Below are positions 1 through 13,119 of a DNA stretch of 64,000 nt, piece by piece. The position numbers and the translations under genes are program-made. The notes under the pieces are model-generated. The model was not told where the DNA came from. It worked only from the letters and a program-made list of their open reading frames with translations, and searched no databases. Within the stretch, counting starts at the first letter, position 1; every line of letters starts with the position of its first letter. This DNA is from Botryllus schlosseri (Eukaryota), in the NCBI GenBank assembly GCA_051294905.1, contig CM119371.1:26724001-26788000 (forward strand), given 5' to 3'.

Positions 1-2355
1 GGTAAGTCCTACGAATTCATGATTTCGTCCGAGTTTGTATTTTAGTAATATATACTAATACCGCGTTTGTAACTTGTGCAAGTAGGCCTACAGGAATATC
101 ATAGGTAAAGTCTCTGTCTTGCATTTAGTTGCCGGCTCTGAAAGCAAGCAAAGTTTGTGGTATTTGCGCAACATCGAAATTTGTACACTTCACGCGGGGC
201 CTACGATACTTACGGCCTAATATGGCACATTACACTTGCTGGATATAAGAGGCCGACACTCCCAACCAGACATCACGACTGACTCAATGATTGCTTGCGA
301 TCTCACTTCTCGATACCAGACGCCTCGCCATACAAGTCTAATAAAGTATTATAACAGACAAAATTAGTTCTTTCAGATGAAACAACCCAATTAAGAGCCA
401 AGTGACAGCGTCGCAATGTATTTAATCGTTCGGGTAGACTTGAATCGTGATCCGGATCTCGTAACATAGTAAAATCGAGGTATGTAGTTTAATTACTCAC
501 TCACTACTCTATATGTTGGTGGTGGTCATACCCTGCAAACTTTTTTGCTGCGAACGTAGTGTTTCACCTTACATCAGTTGGTTCAATGTATGTACCGGGT
601 TGTGAAAACTGTCGCTGTTTTGACTATGTGTCACAATCAATACTAAATACGAGAATTCGTTACTCGTCGAAACGCCGCAGTCAGACATCGTTAACAGCGA
701 TTCCGTGTATGGCAATCTTGAGTTCAATTGCGGTTTTGTGATGTTAACCAAGCGGCTGTGTTTCTGCGGTGTGAAGACTGAATTCGTGTTGTTTCCCTGC
801 AAGAGTGCGATGTCTATTTCACACCTAGAGCAATTATAAAACGCATCTTCGAAACTTTTGGTCTAGTTCATCCGCTTGCATTTCGAAACGGACCATCACG
901 ACAAGACTCTAACCCACCACATCCGAGGTTTCAGTTGATCATATCGAAGAATATCATGTCCATCCGTGTTACCACCCACATCTTGGTTGAATGGCCGATG
1001 ATAAGCCAAATTTAATAACGGAATTACCATGCTTAACATTGAATCCCAACTCTAAACTTGATACGTAGTTGTAGGACAGTATGGCAATGCACCATGCTAG
1101 ATTTCATCACACATCTAATGATGGAACACCTTTGAAACTATCGCAGTCGAATACCGACTTTTACGCATATCTGTTTTTCGTGAACACAGCATATACCCAT
1201 ACATAGTCAATTTTAATAACAGAATTAGTATGCTAAATATTAAATTCTCACCTTGAACGTTGGTACGCAGTTGTAGGACATAATAAGAATGCACCATACC
1301 AAATTTCGTCAGACATTTCATGATGTAACACCTTTAAAACCAACGCAGTTCTATACAGAATTTTGGCTAAGTCTGTTTTTCCGTAGCGTAGCACGTACCT
1401 ACGCATATAGTCAACTTTAATAACGGAATTATCATGTTAATAATCGACTCCCAACTTTGAAACTCGCTACACCGTTGTAAGACATTATGACAATGCACCA
1501 TGTCAAATTTTGTTACGCATTTCATGATTGAACAACTTTGAAACTAATCCAGTTCCATGCCGACTTTTACGGGGGCGTAGCACGTACCTATGCATACTCA
1601 ACTTTAATAACGGAATTACCGAGCTTAACATTGAATGCGCAACTTGAAGATTGGTTCACAGGTGTAGGACATTATGACAATGGAACATACCACTGCGCTA
1701 ACTTTCAGAATTGTTAAGTATAGTACTCGCACTTTGTGAGAATACCCATGTAGGTTTTTGCCTACATGCACCAAATACTATCAAGTCCTTATGATATTGG
1801 AGTACATCAACTTCATGATAGCTAGAGTATTGAACAGAAATAGACCTAGAGTACTAACGTTTTACTTACTCGGAAATGTCTACTTCTACCTTATTTTAAA
1901 GGATACCTCGTTCGAAGCGAAATTTATGTGGTTTTGGATAATATCCAATATGTAGGCTCACTTTGAAGGGTACTTCCTAAAACTCAAATATTGCGCAAAA
2001 GTACAATTAGGGATTTAAAAGTAACTAATATAGATGGGTATTTTCGTAGATTACTTACCCTCTACTCAAGAGGTTTTTCAGGTGGAACTACCTACTTTTA
2101 GGACTGTGTATATCAAAGTAGTTTGAGCTTACGTTTATATCACCTTGACAAGTGACATTATCAGACATGAAAATGATATTATCACGTAATACCAGAAATT
2201 AACACACGTCAATGTGTTTCGGAATTCACTATAAATTGGTTACTAAGAGAAGTATATTCATGTGTACACAATAGCGGAGAGAATATTTAAAATGTAGTAA
2301 GCAGGCCGATGGATATGCATTGAGTTGTATAAGCATAAAAAACATTCCCGCGCGC

Positions 2356-2399
2356 TCCTAAACTCAACCCTGCCTAACCCTACCACCTAATCCTAAGAC
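2356..2399 (+). repeat. 44-nt palindrome spacer made of degenerate CCCTAA/CCTAA telomere-like units
   Basis: Reads tcctaaactcaaccctgcctaaccctaccacctaatcctaagac, clamped by cattcccgcgcgc / gcgcgcgggaatg. Confidence 0.7.
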
Positions 2400-3069
2400 G
2401 CGCGCGGGAATGTTTTTTATGCTTATACAACTCAATGCATATCCATCGGCCTGCTTACTACATTTTAAATATTCTCTCCGCTATTGTGTACACATGAATA
2501 TACTTCTCTTAGTAACCAATTTATAGTGAATTCCGAAACACATTGACGTGTGTTAATTTCTGGTATTACGTGATAATATCATTTTCATGTCTGATAATGT
2601 CACTTGTCAAGGTGATATAAACGTAAGCTCAAACTACTTTGATATACACAGTCCTAAAAGTAGGTAGTTCCACCTGAAAAACCTCTTGAGTAGAGGGTAA
2701 GTAATCTACGAAAATACCCATCTATATTAGTTACTTTTGAATCCCTAATTGTACTTTTGCGCAATATTTGAGTTTTAGGAAGTACCCTTCAAAGTGAGCC
2801 TACATATTGGATATTATCCAAAACCACATAAATTTCGCTTCGAACGAGGTATCCTTTAAAATAAGGTAGAAGTAGACATTTCCGAGTAAGTAAAACGTTA
2901 GTACTCTAGGTCTATTTCTGTTCAATACTCTAGCTATCATGAAGTTGATGTACTCCAATATCATAAGGACTTGATAGTATTTGGTGCATGTAGGCAAAAA
3001 CCTACATGGGTATTCTCACAAAGTGCGAGTACTATACTTAACAATTCTGAAAGTTAGCGCAGTGGTATG

Positions 3070-3750
3070 TTCCATTGTCATAATGTCCTACACCTGTGAA
3101 CCAATCTTCAAGTTGCGCATTCAATGTTAAGCTCGGTAATTCCGTTATTAAAGTTGAGTATGCATAGGTACGTGCTACGCCCCCGTAAAAGTCGGCATGG
3201 AACTGGATTAGTTTCAAAGTTGTTCAATCATGAAATGCGTAACAAAATTTGACATGGTGCATTGTCATAATGTCTTACAACGGTGTAGCGAGTTTCAAAG
3301 TTGGGAGTCGATTATTAACATGATAATTCCGTTATTAAAGTTGACTATATGCGTAGGTACGTGCTACGCTACGGAAAAACAGACTTAGCCAAAATTCTGT
3401 ATAGAACTGCGTTGGTTTTAAAGGTGTTACATCATGAAATGTCTGACGAAATTTGGTATGGTGCATTCTTATTATGTCCTACAACTGCGTACCAACGTTC
3501 AAGGTGAGAATTTAATATTTAGCATACTAATTCTGTTATTAAAATTGACTATGTATGGGTATATGCTGTGTTCACGAAAAACAGATATGCGTAAAAGTCG
3601 GTATTCGACTGCGATAGTTTCAAAGGTGTTCCATCATTAGATGTGTGATGAAATCTAGCATGGTGCATTGCCATACTGTCCTACAACTACGTATCAAGTT
3701 TAGAGTTGGGATTCAATGTTAAGCATGGTAATTCCGTTATTAAATTTGGC
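3070..3750 (+). repeat. Degenerate ~200-bp tandem array (mirrored at ~1005-1685)
   Basis: The marker ggtaattccgttattaaagttga and variants recur at 3135, 3322, 3526 and 3727. Confidence 0.85.
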
Positions 3751-5128
3751 TTATCATCGGCCATTCAACCAAGATGTGGGTGGTAACACGGATGGACATG
3801 ATATTCTTCGATATGATCAACTGAAACCTCGGATGTGGTGGGTTAGAGTCTTGTCGTGATGGTCCGTTTCGAAATGCAAGCGGATGAACTAGACCAAAAG
3901 TTTCGAAGATGCGTTTTATAATTGCTCTAGGTGTGAAATAGACATCGCACTCTTGCAGGGAAACAACACGAATTCAGTCTTCACACCGCAGAAACACAGC
4001 CGCTTGGTTAACATCACAAAACCGCAATTGAACTCAAGATTGCCATACACGGAATCGCTGTTAACGATGTCTGACTGCGGCGTTTCGACGAGTAACGAAT
4101 TCTCGTATTTAGTATTGATTGTGACACATAGTCAAAACAGCGACAGTTTTCACAACCCGGTACATACATTGAACCAACTGATGTAAGGTGAAACACTACG
4201 TTCGCAGCAAAAAAGTTTGCAGGGTATGACCACCACCAACATATAGAGTAGTGAGTGAGTAATTAAACTACATACCTCGATTTTACTATGTTACGAGATC
4301 CGGATCACGATTCAAGTCTACCCGAACGATTGAATACATTGCGACGCTGTCACTTGGCTCTTAATTGGGTTGTTTCATCTGAAAGAACTAATTTTGTCTG
4401 TTATAATACTTTATTAGACTTGTATGGCGAGGCGTCTGGTATCGAGAAGTGAGATCGCAAGCAATCATTGAGTCAGTCGTGATGTCTGGTTGGGAGTGTC
4501 GGCCTCTTATATCCAGCAAGTGTAATGTGCCATATTAGGCCGTAAGTATCGTAGGCCCCGCGTGAAGTGTACAAATTTCGATGTTGCGCAAATACCACAA
4601 ACTTTGCTTGCTTTCAGAGCCGGCAACTAAATGCAAGACAGAGACTTTACCTATGATATTCCTGTAGGCCTACTTGCACAAGTTACAAACGCGGTATTAG
4701 TATATATTACTAAAATACAAACTCGGACGAAATCATGAATTCGTAGGACTTACCTTAAACATATATTGTGTATAAACAACTTTTTACAAGAACTATAAAA
4801 TTCCACTCCAGGCGCTGCGGCTTAGCTCAAGCGAACAAGTATTTCGGACTTTAGGAGTCAAATTGTCTGTCTTATGGTAAATTAACATAGGGAGAATTAA
4901 TCAGAAAATTTTGTAGAGTATACTCTATACTGTAGGCATCGATACATTGAGTGAAATGGGCTTCCTTAAATTAAAACGGGTATAGAATAAATCGAAACAA
5001 TTTGCAAAGTCCCGTAGGCTTCAAGACATAGCTCAGGCTGAGATCATAGCCTAATAACGAGGGCTTCGAGTGCGATGTTATAGGAAGCAAGAAGAATCGT
5101 TGTAAAAGTGTTGAAACCTAATTACATC

Positions 5129-5680
5129 TGTAATTCCGTCATTAAAGTTGACTACGCATAGGTATGCGCTAAGCTCCCGCAAAACAGTTTCACGCAAATG
5201 TCGGTATAGAACTGCGTTAGCTTTCAAGTTGTTCAATCATGAAATGCGTAACAAAATTTGACATGCTACATTGTCATAATGTCTTACAACTGCGTACCGA
5301 GTTTCAAGGTGGGGAGCCGATTATTAACATGGTAATTCCGTTTTAAAGTTGACTATGTATAGGTACGTGCTGCGCTATGGATAACAGATTTAGCCAAAAG
5401 TCGGTATAGAACTGCGTTGGTTTTAAAGGTGTTACATCATGAAATGTCTGATGAAATTTGGTATGTTGTATTTTCATAATATCCTACAACCGCGTACCGA
5501 GTTTCAGGGTGGGGATTTGATTATTAGCATGGTAATTCCGTTATTGAAGCTTACTATGTATAGGTACGTGCTACGCTAGCGAAACACAGATTTACGCAAA
5601 AGTGTATAGAGAACTGCGTTAGTTTTAAAGGTATTGCATCATGAAATTGCGATCAAATTTGGTATGATGCATTGTTATTA
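5129..5680 (+). repeat. Second block of the same ~200-bp tandem repeat
   Basis: The marker recurs at 5129, 5331 and 5531; units share gaactgcgttggttttaaaggtgttacatcatgaaatg with 3403-3440. Confidence 0.85.
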
Positions 5681-6709
5681 CTTTTACTTCTATTTAACGG
5701 GTTTTCATATAAATCTGCTTACTTTTGTAACTTTGTTTTGTGAAGTAAAGAGTAGTTTACCGAATAAGTAGTTTACAAATTCCTACGATTTTTCTTGTTG
5801 CGTTCCGGGATAACATGTAATTTTTCGGTCTTTTTTATTTTTTATTTTTTAATTAGTATTCATTTTACAAAACGTCGTGTAAAGGTAAAGTACTTGTACA
5901 TTTCGTAGTGCTCAAGTATAAGTTTTTAACCTGTTAACTTGACAAAACTTTCAAGTACTACTTAAAGTGTTATAAAATGTGAAAATGTGTACAAGTAGAA
6001 TTATTATTATTATGTCATGAATAAGTAGTTTACAAATTCATACGATTTTTCTTGTTGCGTTCCGGCGATTTGCATAAGTTTCATCTATAACGTACAATGC
6101 GTTTACGCGGTCCAGAATGACTTATGGCGATGAAAAATAGCAAAAATGGTCTATTGAGCATTGAGCACGGTTCAAGAACTATGATATTCCTGTACTTGCA
6201 CTTCGAAATGGTTTACTGACCGTTGGTTCATTTAGATACCTAAGCTACTTTAAAATTAGTACTCGAGTATTTGGCTCAATTATACTATCGGGTAGTTATA
6301 GCCAGAGGGATTCGATGGTGACAACGGATGAGTTATCTCTGACCAATAGAGTAATATAACCGCCTATAGTTTAGTGGGGAATTGCTATAATGTATATCCA
6401 AACAATCGTTGCAGACTCTGAATGTTATCAAGGCCCTTATCACAAAAAATCATACATCAGAAGCGTAGGGATTGATATTATCAAGTCGCAGCGCTCAAAA
6501 TCGCATAGGTATTCAATACATATTGCTAAATACACATGGAAAATCGGTATTGAAATTCACAAAACATTGCAGTCGCCTAATTCCTCTGTGATGACATCAT
6601 AAACCGGGCATAGTCCGACGCAAATTATATTATGAGAGTGTTTACATTCTAAATAGCCTGAGGGGCGGTCTATAAGGTCGATAATAACACTACTGGGGTG
6701 CCTAGATAC

Positions 6710-7095
6710 CAGGTTTGTAATGACCCGACTCGAGTCACAATTTTCTGACGACTCGACTTGACTCGAGTCATTTTCTTAAAATACGGAAATGACTTGACTC
6801 GAGTCTATCTGTGTATTGACTGGTCTTGGACTCGAGTCATTGCGCATGACTCGAGCCAAGTCATATGACTCGAGACGCAGACGGGAATAGTTAAGTAACC
6901 ACACTATTGACATTTCGTCTTGGTACTGGTACTTGAAAAAGGGAGGGGAATCAGTAGATTATAGATACGAGCCATTCGATATCACCAAACAGAGTTATAA
7001 AAAGTGGGTTCATCAAGACATCAGTCAACACAATGACTTGGACTCGGATTCGAGTCATACTACCATGACTCGGACTCTGCTCGCTGACTTGACTG
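6710..7095. mobile_element. Fragment of a GACTCGAGTC-rich non-autonomous hAT-like MITE
   Basis: Dense gactcgagtc/gacttga motifs, the same motif class as 12332-13119, 17130-17443, 37524-38489 and 41810-42260. Confidence 0.65.
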
Positions 7096-8833
7096 GATTT
7101 ATTATGTAGAAATCAGATAATTTTTTTTCAAACTTTCTCGTTCGCCCCATAAAAGTTCTCGGTTGTCTACAGAAACGGTGATCACCAAATTTGGCTCAAG
7201 TCCAACATGTGGAAGCGGAGATATTGCAGTTCAAAAATTTGGATATACTGAAAATAGTAACCTGGTCACCGTAAACACTATTTTATTGAAATCCAAATTT
7301 TTCAAGTATAACTCCGCTCCCACTGGTTGAAATTGAGCCAAATTCGCTGACCATCGTTTCTGTACACAGCCTAACAATATCAGAACAGTAACAGAATTTA
7401 TTTTAATATTTTTAACAATTTTAATAATTATTATATAAAAAACTTTATCCCCTTGTAGCATTGAGGCCACTGGTTAGAATTGACCCAAATTAGGTGATCT
7501 ATTTGGTAATCTAGTTCATCGAGTAGTCAGTTCAATTTGAGAAAAAAAGTGATTTTTGAACACCCCTATTCTACAGAGGCTTGACAGACAGGCTATACAA
7601 GCAATATCTAACACCTACACATAATACACGCATTCAGCAGTCAATCCTTTCAGAGATATATTCTGATCGGTGCAAGGTCCGGTATCAGTCACAATCCAGC
7701 GCCGATGTATGGGCGCTACAACTCAACTAACACATTCATAATCGTAGTATATTTCGGATTATTGACGCTGTTTAAACTTGCGGCACATATTAGACTCATT
7801 CCGTTCTTTCACGCCACCCAGTTTCATAACCACTGTGCAATGTGATAAGATGCTTTGCTTTAAACTATATTAATGATTCAATTTGCAGGACAAGTCTTGG
7901 AGACTTATTATCATTTTAGAGTAGAATTTCTAACCACCAACACTGACGTGGAACTTGCATCACACAAGTGTTTTTCCGAAATCAACAATATTGAATTTCT
8001 ATTTAAAAAAATTGTATTAAAACAACCATTGCAGTGACCTCCACTGAAGTATAGGAAGTTGGTCAATGGGGACATGTAGGCTATGTACTGCCCTCAAGTT
8101 TTCACCTATTGTGATTTTAAATTTGTAATTTGAAAAGCTTGTTGGAGGTACAGAACTTCGATATGCGATTGAATAATCTATTCATATTGAAATAGACCCA
8201 ATTATTTTTGACTGATACTACATAGATGTAATCGTCAGCAACTGGAAGAGAATGGAAAAGGACATTAAATATCAACAGCCGTATCACAAAATAAACCAAA
8301 GCTCAATTTTATCGGAATCGGCTACATGTCAGAATGTACGACTTAATTTTTCCCGTGCATTCGATATCGCTTCTGCATTTGACGAAGGCATACGAATCAA
8401 ATCCCCTCTATCAGTGCCATGACAGAACATAGTAGTTGTAGAAGCCATAGTCCTTAAACCAGGGTATGTTGAGTATGCTGCATTTATCCTGTAATTTAGT
8501 AGGCCAATGCGGCATACCTGCAATAGGGGTGTTCAAATATGACTTTTTTCAAATTGTACAGGCTACTTGATAAAAAATTTTAGGTTACCTAATTAAAGGC
8601 GGCACACCAAATTTGGTTTAATTCCAAACAGTAGCCGTATTGCTACAAGAGAAGAAAGTTATGAATTTAATATTTAAAAAATAAATAGAAATTTGTTCAC
8701 GATTTTCTGTTCACCCCATTATATTGTTAGGTTGTCTATATAAACTACGCTCAGCAAATTTGGCTTAATTTCCACCAGTCCAAGCTGAGTTATTGCAGTG
8801 GAAAAACTTGGATTTGAATGTAATAGTATATAC

Positions 8834-10872
8834 CAGTGGTTCCCAACCTTTTTAGATGGCAGGGCCAAATTTAGAATTTCAGAGTACGGTCGGGGCCGCA
8901 CGAATACCAGGGCAATGAAAGGAACCACAAATAGTCACCAAAATATGAAAATAGGCATTGTTCCGATCATTCTCTTGTCGTCATAGGCCATTGTGTTGCC
9001 GCGCTCCCGTTGTTCATAACAATCAACATTTGCTGGCTATTTCGGAGTAGTTTCATTGCCCTGGCCAGATTTCAATTCGTATTTTTGGAATCAGTGCGAC
9101 ATTTGCTTTCGATAAACACAGACATATCAAATTATTCGGACGCTTGGCTCGCGAGCTATAGGACTACCAATTATGCTGCTTTTTGCCTGCTAAGCAGTAG
9201 GCATATCGGCGTATTCAATCGTGAGGCACTTGTTGCACGTCTATCCGTAAATTAGTTATCAATACCCAGGGCCGTAACAGCACTTCGTCGCCCCCATCCC
9301 CCCCCCAAAAAAAACGTTTCTCTTGGGCCCCCCATAGGGTGATACACCGAACTTCCAATCCCCCAGACCCACTCAGGTTAGATGACTGTTTACCGCTATT
9401 TATCATCTAAATCGGGTGTCCGTTTTAGGCAGCTTATCTCGACAAATCGCGCGAAGCGCGAAAAGTTTCTATAATTCATGATTGAATCGGTCAATATAAT
9501 CGGGAATTGCATATATATTGGTATCGATTTTTATCGTCTCTCTGCTCACGTAATCAGATTGACCGGTTGAGCCGAGTGAGTTGTTTTTGAAAAGGTAGGA
9601 CCACTCAATAATTATTAAACATCTTCGGGCGTATACCTGTTGGCAGGAACGAAACAGCACTTCGTCAGGCCCCCAAAACACTTAGGTCTTGAGCTCCTAT
9701 AGGGTGATAAACCGACCCCCCGTCCCATTGTTCGCTTCTGCCTCGAAATCAGGATCCCCGTTTAGTGAGCCAGCGTGGAGCGCGAAAATTTTCGATAATT
9801 CAAAATAAAATAGGTCAATAAGATCGGGAATTGCATATGTATTGCTAGCAATTATTCGTCCTCTCTGCTCACGTGATCAGATTTACCGGTAGAGCTGAGT
9901 GAGGTGTCTTGGAAACTGTAGGGCCCGTAAATAATAATTAAACATATTCGGACAGGCGGACCCGTTGGTACGACTTCGTTACATGACGTTATTTGTTATT
10001 TCGTGACCTCCAGTCTGCTATATCCAAAAATATAGAATCGCCCACTGCGTACTAAACTAAAAGATGCACACGATTTCTAATTGGTAGTTCTTCACCGGCA
10101 TATAATTCTTCGCTGCGGGATGGTAGCCTATTTGTCTCGTGACGTGCAGATTGTCAAGACAGGAACATTTGGCGCCAGTCATTTAGGCGCCTTTGGTCAA
10201 TTATGCCTATATGTATTTTGAATATACATAACGAAGTTTTCGGTCAGCGTAAGGGCAGTCCTTTTCGGCCAAGGTTTTCTCGCTGCCGATCGTTCTGGCA
10301 CACTTCTGGAAGTCGCATGTTACATGGCCTAAAACTTTATACGTCTTCGTGCGTCGTGGTGCGATAATGGCCAACGCCGATATGCCCACTTCTATAAATC
10401 TTGCGTACTTTATCTTGGTCGAAGAGTATACCCAATAATTAAGGTACTTGGAAACTTGAAATCTCGCGCAGCGCGAAAAAACTTTGAAAAAGTTGCATAA
10501 AATTTCATAAAATACTCTACAATTTATGGTAATTCACTAAATAATTTTGGGCCCCATTCGAGCTCGCCCCCCCCCCAATTGATGGCTGGGGGCTTGGGGT
10601 GAGGCAGTTCCTGTCCTGTCAATACCTATATCCATACCTATATCTATAGGTACTGCCCGTTCAACTGGAAAATTACGGCACATTGCATTGAAACAGCAGC
10701 GACGCCGTCTTAGCAGTCTACTCACAACTTGCCTGCAATCCTAATTGAAAACTCCAGACTCCAAGCCAAGCAAGAGTATTTTATAAATATTTTTTTTTTT
10801 ATAAATCGATTTCTCAATATTTTTGTGAGGGCCGCAAAAAGGCTAGCTGGGGGCCGCGGTTGGGAATCACTG
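8834..10872. mobile_element. hAT-type non-autonomous element, host of a nested MITE
   Basis: Termini cagtggttcccaacc ... ggttgggaatcactg; perfect 8-bp TSD GTATATAC at 8826-8833 and 10873-10880. Confidence 0.9.
9267..10618. mobile_element. hAT-type MITE (CAGGGCCGTAAC family) nested in 8834-10872
   Basis: 8-bp TSD TCAATACC on both sides; colinear with 58784-60094; contains an internal ~370-bp tandem duplication. Confidence 0.88.
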
Positions 10873-12331
10873 GTATATACAGTGGCCAGTTACAGAATTA
10901 GCCACCGTAAATACTATTTTAAATGTGAATATAGCTAGACTCAATTCTGTAAATTGGGCGTCTTATGAATTTTCAGGAGGGGGTACCTATTTACAGTGGC
11001 CAGTTACAGAATTAGCCATCGTAAATACTATTTTAATCAAATCCAAATTATTTGACTGCAATATCTCCGCTCCCACTGTCGAGCTATGTTACTTGCTAAG
11101 TGTGGTATTCATACGGCGCGTTGGGCGACAATCACATTGTCTAATATTTATGAAACAGCTAATGTTCAGCGGCACACTTCTCACCTTATAAATCTACCTA
11201 GTGTATTCCTATCAATAAAAAGTAATAGTTTTCCTAATGGTGTCGGAATTAATTATGGCAAGTACGAGAAAGCGCCGTATTGAAATTTGATTCAGTATTT
11301 GTTATATTGACCAAGGCTTTTGTGCGGTACCCGTAGCATACGACCATCGTTGGCTAGTATCACGCCATGATTATACATTTATATATAGGCTACGTTATTC
11401 AAATGTGGTCAATATAGTAAAGAAGGCTTCTCGTGTTGAAGTAGAAATGATGTTGCAGAATTATATATAGTCAAGTACGAGTTGAAGCAGTGCTGTTCGA
11501 AGCTGCTTAAAACTATTTCAAGTGGAAGTCGAATTGCTGTCTATGAAAACTACTCGAGTAAGTAAGTAGTTTTAAAAAGCATTAATAAACACGCTCTCAT
11601 AGATCGCTTAAACCTGGAAACTAAGAGCTGGTTCTGTGTTGCTACATCCCCGGGGAATCATTATGGCATAAGGATTCTCTTGCATCATGCAATACAAATG
11701 ATAGCTTTGCCATGAAAAAGTCGTTATGTACTTGTTTTGGCCCCAGTGCCCCTTTTCAGAATATATGACGGTTTTGCAATTTTTCTCGTAGTACAAATCC
11801 CGTAGTTAATAAGACGACGAACGATGCGGATACCACATTCACGCTTTAATCGATGAGGAAGAAACCTAGAAATATGGAGGATCATATAATTCCTAACATT
11901 TTGATGAGTGCCATATATTGTGATGAAACTGTCATAATCGCGATGATGCGGTCTGGAAGTTCGCACATAGGACATCTACATAAACCATTTCGAACGAGAG
12001 AGATTAGGCATATATATTTATATATTGCGGGAATCATGGTAAAACTTCCGAGAAAACAGCCCGAGAATTTCATCGTCTTGATTTTATTCTCTCTCTCTCT
12101 CTCTTATCGGATTAATAAAATACTTCTTCTTGACAAACTGTAAATAACGAAAATTAAATAAGTAATTCACCAAATAAACCGAAGTTAAAGTGGAAGTAGC
12201 AGGAAATTGCATTTACTTGTGTAAGTAGGTACTAAAAGTAGAGAAAACCTACTCAAGTACTTTCAAAAATGGGTAACGAAGGAAAGTAACAAAGTACTTC
12301 TACTTTTTCAAAGACCTTCGTTACCTCTTGA

Positions 12332-13119
12332 CAGTGTTGGGATCAAATCCCTACCTTCGAGTTACGAGTCATCTCGAATCATTGCACATTTTGACCCGAG
12401 TCAAGTTAAGTCAATCGGATTTTGAAGGTGATTCGAGTCAAGTCAAGTCACTCAAATTTTGTAGGTGACTCGAGTCGTATCGCCCACGCGTAGGCCTACG
12501 ATCAACTGCCTAACTTCCTATAAGTAACTGTATAGCCTCAGTTTATTATTATCAGCTAAAATAGAGAATAGAATATGAAACCTCAGAAAGTTAAAACGCA
12601 ATGATATGATGCAACGCAGTAGCAACCGACACATCAGTGTTGTGACCAAGTCGCAAGGTTCCGAATCACAAGTCAATCGCACTTATATAGTTTTGACTCG
12701 AGTCAGGTCGGGTCATTTTCAATTCACCATTCAGTCAAGTCCGAGTCCAAGTAATTATGATCACTACTCAGTTTTAGTTCAATCCGGTTCAACACACTTG
12801 TTTCAACTCTGCCTGAGTGATATAGAATTGCTCGCATTCATAATAGTAAGTTTCCTCAGTTTTAACAGTTTCTGGTCCTATTTTCCAAGTATCAGGACTG
12901 ATGGACAAAATTTCAATCATGTTGTGACTTCACTTTTCTTCGAATTTACAATGTCTGTCTCGGCCGCCCTAAACTCGAGGCATATGACTTGGTACGACTC
13001 ATGCACAAATTGACTCGAGTCGAGTCATTTTACGCATTTGAAAAAATGACTCGAGTCAAATATAGTCACCAAAAAATCGCGAGTCGCGTGGAGTCAGGAC
13101 TCGAGTCATTACATCCCTG
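12332..13119. mobile_element. GACTCGAGTC-rich hAT-like MITE(s), probably composite
   Basis: Starts cagtgttgggatc (reverse of the 38489 end) and ends cattacatccctg; no matching TSD. Confidence 0.6.

Larger units (their letters stand above)
1..4754. repeat. Giant inverted repeat (palindrome): arms 1-2355 and 2400-4754, left arm runs off the window
   Basis: Position i pairs with 4755-i. Bases 1-24 ggtaagtcctacgaattcatgatt are the reverse complement of 4731-4754. The ORF track shows identical mirrored ORFs (559..741+ / 4014..4196-, 1758..1955+ / 2800..2997-). I noticed only two mismatches (423/4332 and 2016/2739) but did not check every base. Confidence 0.98.

Noticed and set aside
3833..3895. 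tRNA/SINE-like A- and B-box resemblance
   Set aside because: The boxes are poor and no cloverleaf could be folded.
559..4196. Mirrored short ORFs in the palindrome arms
   Set aside because: They are duplicated only because of the palindrome, and show no motifs or splice structure.
5762..6065. 47-bp direct repeat at 5762 and 6019
   Set aside because: Most simply a local duplication; too short and lacking LTR hallmarks.
11325..11360. Possible Helitron 3' end (…ggCTAG|T)
   Set aside because: No clear subterminal hairpin or matching 5' TC end could be identified.
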